Shown here piece after piece: positions 59,249-64,000 of a stretch of DNA of 64,000 bases; within the stretch, counting starts at the first letter, position 1, and each line of letters opens with the position of its first letter. The stretch spans positions 544,001 through 608,000 of the forward strand of contig CAWIGG010000002.1 of assembly GCA_963835575.1 (NCBI GenBank), given 5' to 3'. Below the pieces are notes generated by a model, which saw only the letters and a list, made by a program, of their open reading frames with translations, ran no database searches and had not been told where the DNA came from. Position numbers and translations under genes: made by a program. This DNA is from an uncultured Spirochaetota bacterium (lineage in GTDB: Bacteria; Spirochaetota; Brevinematia; Brevinematales; JAOACQ01).

Positions 59249-61093
59249 TTACTCCACCGTCACGCTTTTGGCAAGGTTGCGGGGCTTGTCGACGTCCAGG
59301 CCTTTTTCGACGGCGATGTAATAGGCCATCAGCTGGAGGGGGATGACATTGATAAGAGGCGAGTATTCCTCTATCGTCTGCGGGACTATGATGATATCGT
59401 CGACATACTCCAGAATTGAGCTTGTTTCCTCATTTGTGACGGCGATGATCCTGCCGTTTCGCGCTTTCACTTCGCGGATATTGGAAACGATTTTTTCATA
59501 GAGAGGGTCTTTCGGCGCGATGAATACGACCGGCATATTTTCATCAATGAGGGCTATGGGACCATGCTTCATTTCAGCGGCCGGATAACCTTCGGCATGG
59601 ATATACGAAATTTCTTTGAGTTTTAAAGCGCCCTCCAGGGCGACCGGGTAATTAAATCCTCTTCCCAGATAAAGGAAATTTCTTTCGCCCGAGTATTTTT
59701 TGGCTATCTTTTTTATTTTATCAGACTGGTCTAATATGCTCTGGATTTTTTCAGGAATCAGGAGCAGTTCATTCAGTAAATTTTCTCCTTCATAAAGCGG
59801 CATGTTTTTAAGACGGGAAAGGTAAATCGACAGAAGGATGAGGGAAACGACCTGGTTTGTAAAAGCTTTTGTGGATGCCACGCCTATTTCCGGTCCGGCA
59901 TGGATGTATATGCCTCCGTCGCTTTCGCGCGCCAGCGTACTGCCGATAACATTCGTAATGCCGATGATCTGGGCGCCTTTCCGTTTCGCTTCGCGCAGGG
60001 CTTCAAGTGTATCGGTAGTTTCACCGGATTGACTGATAACAATAACAACATTACCTTCCTGAATGATAGGATTCCTATAGCGGAATTCCGAGGCATAATC
60101 TATCTCAACCGGTATTTCTGAGAACCTTTCAAGCAGATATTTCCCTATGATACCTGAATGCCAGCTTGTCCCGCATGCCGTAATGATGATCTTATTGATC
60201 TGCCGGGCCCTGGTTTCATCAATATTAAGCCCTCCGAACTTTACCGTGCCTTCGGATAAAACCACCCTTCCCCGCAGTGCCGTATGAATTGCCTCCGGCT
60301 GTTCAAATATTTCCTTGAGCATGAATGTTTCATATCCGTTTTTTGATATTGCGTCAACGTCCCAGTCAATGACGGATACTGTTTTTTCAATCCTTTCATA
60401 ATTAAGGTCGTAGGTTTTAAATTTTTCCGCTTTGATAACGACTACTTCCTGGTCTTCAACATAGACGACATTTTTCGTATAGGGCATAATTGCGTTGACA
60501 TCCGACGCGATGAACATCTCTCCTTCGCCGATTCCCACAACTAAAGGACTGCCGTTCCGCGCTCCTACGATTTTATAAGGCTCATCTGTGGAGACAACAA
60601 CAATCCCGTATGTTCCTTCCACTAATTTAAGCGCCTCGACAACGGCTGACTGGAGGTTTCTATGATCTTCTTTATAGACTTCTTCGATAAGATGGACAAG
60701 GACTTCGGTGTCAGTTTCAGAAAGGAAAGTATGCCCTTTTTTTATGAGCAGTTCCTTGAGGACTTTGTGGTTTTCTATGATTCCATTATGCGCGAGGGCG
60801 ATTTTACCGGTGCAGTCTGCATGAGGGTGAGAATTGACCTGAGTCACTCCTCCATGCGTTGCCCAGCGTGTGTGCCCGATCCCTACCTTGCTTTCCACAT
60901 TATGCAGGTTTTTATAGACTTGATTTCTCAGATTGCCGATCCGGCCGACATCTTTCTGGATTTTTAATTGATTATCACTATCAATAATCGCTATTCCGGC
61001 TGAGTCATATCCTCTGTATTCAAGTCTCTGGAGGGAATCCAGCAGGACTTCCTTTACGTCTTTATTTCCTATATAACCTACAATTCCGCACAT
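59249..61093 (-). CDS. glmS: Glutamine--fructose-6-phosphate aminotransferase
   Basis: MCGIVG, EYRGYDSAG, GHTRWATHG, SQSGET, LKLKEISYIHAEG, PRNLAKSVTVE. Confidence 0.98.
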   Translation of the reverse strand: MCGIVGYIGNKDVKEVLLDSLQRLEYRGYDSAGIAIIDSDNQLKIQKDVGRIGNLRNQVYKNLHNVESKVGIGHTRWATHGGVTQVNSHPHADCTGKIALAHNGIIENHKVLKELLIKKGHTFLSETDTEVLVHLIEEVYKEDHRNLQSAVVEALKLVEGTYGIVVVSTDEPYKIVGARNGSPLVVGIGEGEMFIASDVNAIMPYTKNVVYVEDQEVVVIKAEKFKTYDLNYERIEKTVSVIDWDVDAISKNGYETFMLKEIFEQPEAIHTALRGRVVLSEGTVKFGGLNIDETRARQINKIIITACGTSWHSGIIGKYLLERFSEIPVEIDYASEFRYRNPIIQEGNVVIVISQSGETTDTLEALREAKRKGAQIIGITNVIGSTLARESDGGIYIHAGPEIGVASTKAFTNQVVSLILLSIYLSRLKNMPLYEGENLLNELLLIPEKIQSILDQSDKIKKIAKKYSGERNFLYLGRGFNYPVALEGALKLKEISYIHAEGYPAAEMKHGPIALIDENMPVVFIAPKDPLYEKIVSNIREVKARNGRIIAVTNEETSSILEYVDDIIIVPQTIEEYSPLINVIPLQLMAYYIAVEKGLDVDKPRNLAKSVTVE

Positions 61094-61229
61094 TTATTCC
61101 TCTTTAATACATTAATTTAACATTAATATTAATTATTTTAAAGCTTATCAGGAAGCTTATTTGCATTCTTCGCTATCTAACAGCGGAGGGAATTACTTTA
61201 ATATATGTATCGGCTTTTTTCTGCCGGTT

Positions 61230-61258
61230 ATTTTAAGAAAAACCGGTAGAATTGTCAA
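61230..61258 (-). promoter_or_regulatory. Sigma70 promoter of glmS
   Basis: TTGACA-N17-TAAAAT on the minus strand; a CCGGTT-N11-AACCGG inverted repeat spans the -10 box. Confidence 0.65.
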
Positions 61259-61293
61259 AATAGAGGTGCAGGCATACGGCTGGATATATGCTT

Positions 61294-63998
<2,705 letters not shown>

Positions 63999-64000
63999 TG

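Noticed and set aside
61094..61290. glmS ribozyme
   Set aside because: The conserved AGCGCC...GACGAG core was not found on the coding strand.

Overview
Mostly core chromosome of a spirochete, probably an anaerobic lineage. The evidence is a periplasmic FlaB-type flagellin with a CsrA-type leader hairpin and a spirochete-type LptD-like C-terminus. Housekeeping genes include trpB2, htpG, mntH, tRNA-Pro(CGG), flaB, sahR-ahcY with operator, ogg, nadE, recX, glmS and tgt. There is also an MMPL/LolA-like/outer-membrane lipid transport operon and several c-di-GMP proteins. The window carries five IS elements whose ends can be read directly. IS1182 splits an XRE-cupin regulator, IS5 follows flaB, and IS1380 lies next to an IS66. 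The IS66 sits in the -10 box of a diguanylate cyclase promoter and contains an IS256 flanked by an unusually long 166-168 bp direct repeat. Also present are two MITE-like remnants, several families of short intergenic palindromic or periodic repeats, and several frameshifted genes. Unusual proteins are an ATP-grasp/FMN alpha-hydroxyacid dehydrogenase fusion coupled to a radical SAM gene, a HAD phosphatase-Smr fusion, and a Methanosarcina-like FDR/CVWC-glutaredoxin pair. No CRISPR array, rRNA, integrase or prophage was seen. All family assignments are from motif recognition by eye; no database searches were run.
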